Part shown: positions 26,955 through 27,576 of the stretch, piece after piece
Numbering within the stretch: position 1 is the stretch's first letter
Layout: the number at the start of each line of letters is the position of its first letter
From: Atribacterota bacterium
GTDB lineage: Bacteria > Atribacterota > Phoenicimicrobiia > Phoenicimicrobiales > Phoenicimicrobiaceae
Direction of reading: 5' to 3'
NCBI GenBank assembly: GCA_038203565.1
Contig: JBBRDV010000014.1
Span: forward strand, 1-27,576
Length of the DNA: 27,576 nt
The notes under the pieces: generated by a model
Database searches by the model: none
Told to the model about the DNA's origin: nothing
The model's input: only the letters and a program-made list of their open reading frames with translations
Translations under genes and position numbers: made by a program

Positions 26955-27053
26955 GTGAACGCTTTTATCTACCATTTTTTATTTGAATTTCGTAGTGGTA
27001 TTCGTTATAAAACTTTACTCTTAGGGTTTTTCTCTCAAAAGAAGGATTTTTAA
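26955..27053 (+). pseudogene. 32-aa ORF, possible 5' remnant of an ABC-2 permease gene
   Basis: GGAGGT RBS (26944-26949), GTG start, MNAFIYHFLFEFRSGIRYKTLLLGFFSQKKDF*; resembles from memory the N-terminus of ABC-2 permeases. Confidence 0.4.
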
Positions 27054-27082
27054 AAAAATTGTCGTAATATCTATATAAGAAG

Positions 27083-27176
27083 GAGTTAGTACAATCTCCT
27101 AGTACTTAGTTCGCTATAATAGAGGTGTTTTTTAAAAACAAACAGAACTATAGCCCAAGGCTGATTGTACTAACTC
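27083..27176 (+). other. 94-nt nested inverted repeat (structured leader, sRNA or MITE) upstream of tusA
   Basis: GAGTTAGTACAATC (27083-27096)/GATTGTACTAACTC (27163-27176), inner TAGTTC/GAACTA and TGTTTT/AAAACA stems. Confidence 0.65.
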
Positions 27177-27234
27177 TGTAACTTTTCATTGCGACTTTCA
27201 TACCAAAATAATTTTATTAAAGGAGGTAAAAGAT

Positions 27235-27456
27235 ATGTCAAAGATAAAAGTTGATTGCTGCGGAGAAACTTGTCCGATTCCTTTGATAGAAGCAAGAAAG
27301 GCAATTCGTAAAGCTTCTCTCGGAGATATTATTGAAATAAGGGGAACTCACCAGGCATCTAAAAAAGAAATACCCATGGCGGTAAAGGCATTGGGTTTAA
27401 AACTGGTTGATGTGAAAGAAGAGGGAGGGGAATGGACAATTATCATTCAAAAATAG
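27235..27456 (+). CDS. tusA: TusA/SirA-family sulfur carrier
   Basis: VDCCGETCPIP (D..G..CPxP) motif, 73 aa, AAGGAGGT RBS. Confidence 0.88.
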   Translation: MSKIKVDCCGETCPIPLIEARKAIRKASLGDIIEIRGTHQASKKEIPMAVKALGLKLVDVKEEGGEWTIIIQK

Positions 27457-27469
27457 GAGGACTCAAAAA

Positions 27470-27576
27470 ATGGCAGAGAAAGTAACCATTGTGGTTCATA
27501 GTGGAGATATGGATAAGATTTACAGTGCCTTGATTATTGCCAATGGCGCTCTTTCCATGGGCCTGGAAGCCTCTCT
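27470..27576 (+). CDS. DsrE/DsrF/DrsH-like protein (3'-truncated by window edge)
   Basis: AGGAGG RBS; MAEKVTIVVHSGDMDKIYSALIIANGALSMGLEAS; typical neighbour of tusA. Confidence 0.82.
   Translation, partial: MAEKVTIVVHSGDMDKIYSALIIANGALSMGLEAS

Noticed and set aside
27083..27176. 6S RNA or SRP RNA
   Set aside because: About half the length of 6S and lacks the SRP domain IV GGAA-loop motif.

Overview
AT-rich bacterial chromosomal window; gene style suggests an anaerobe such as Atribacterota (inference only). In order: the end of a GGDEF gene, a PAS-HD-GYP gene and a degenerate HD-GYP gene; a minus-strand lexA-DUF72-dnaE2-like-dinB damage-inducible cassette with no imuA/imuB, carrying two copies of a candidate SOS box (TAAACGTATGTTT); a divergent thiol-redox cluster (Trx-CcdA-like, CxxC-less redoxin, DUF1573, ArsR); flavodoxin; a zincin gene overlapping tRNA-Leu(CAG); yhaM-tldD-pmbA; a GH125-like glycosidase / dead nitrilase / active nitrilase / GPH-MFS transporter operon; a P-type IIA ATPase flanked by two short truncated gene relics; a 94-nt structured leader; and tusA-dsrE-like genes. 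Three families of REP-like palindromes occur, one of which encodes the DnaE C-terminus. No transposase, integrase or CRISPR array was seen. All calls are by eye from motifs; no database searches were run.
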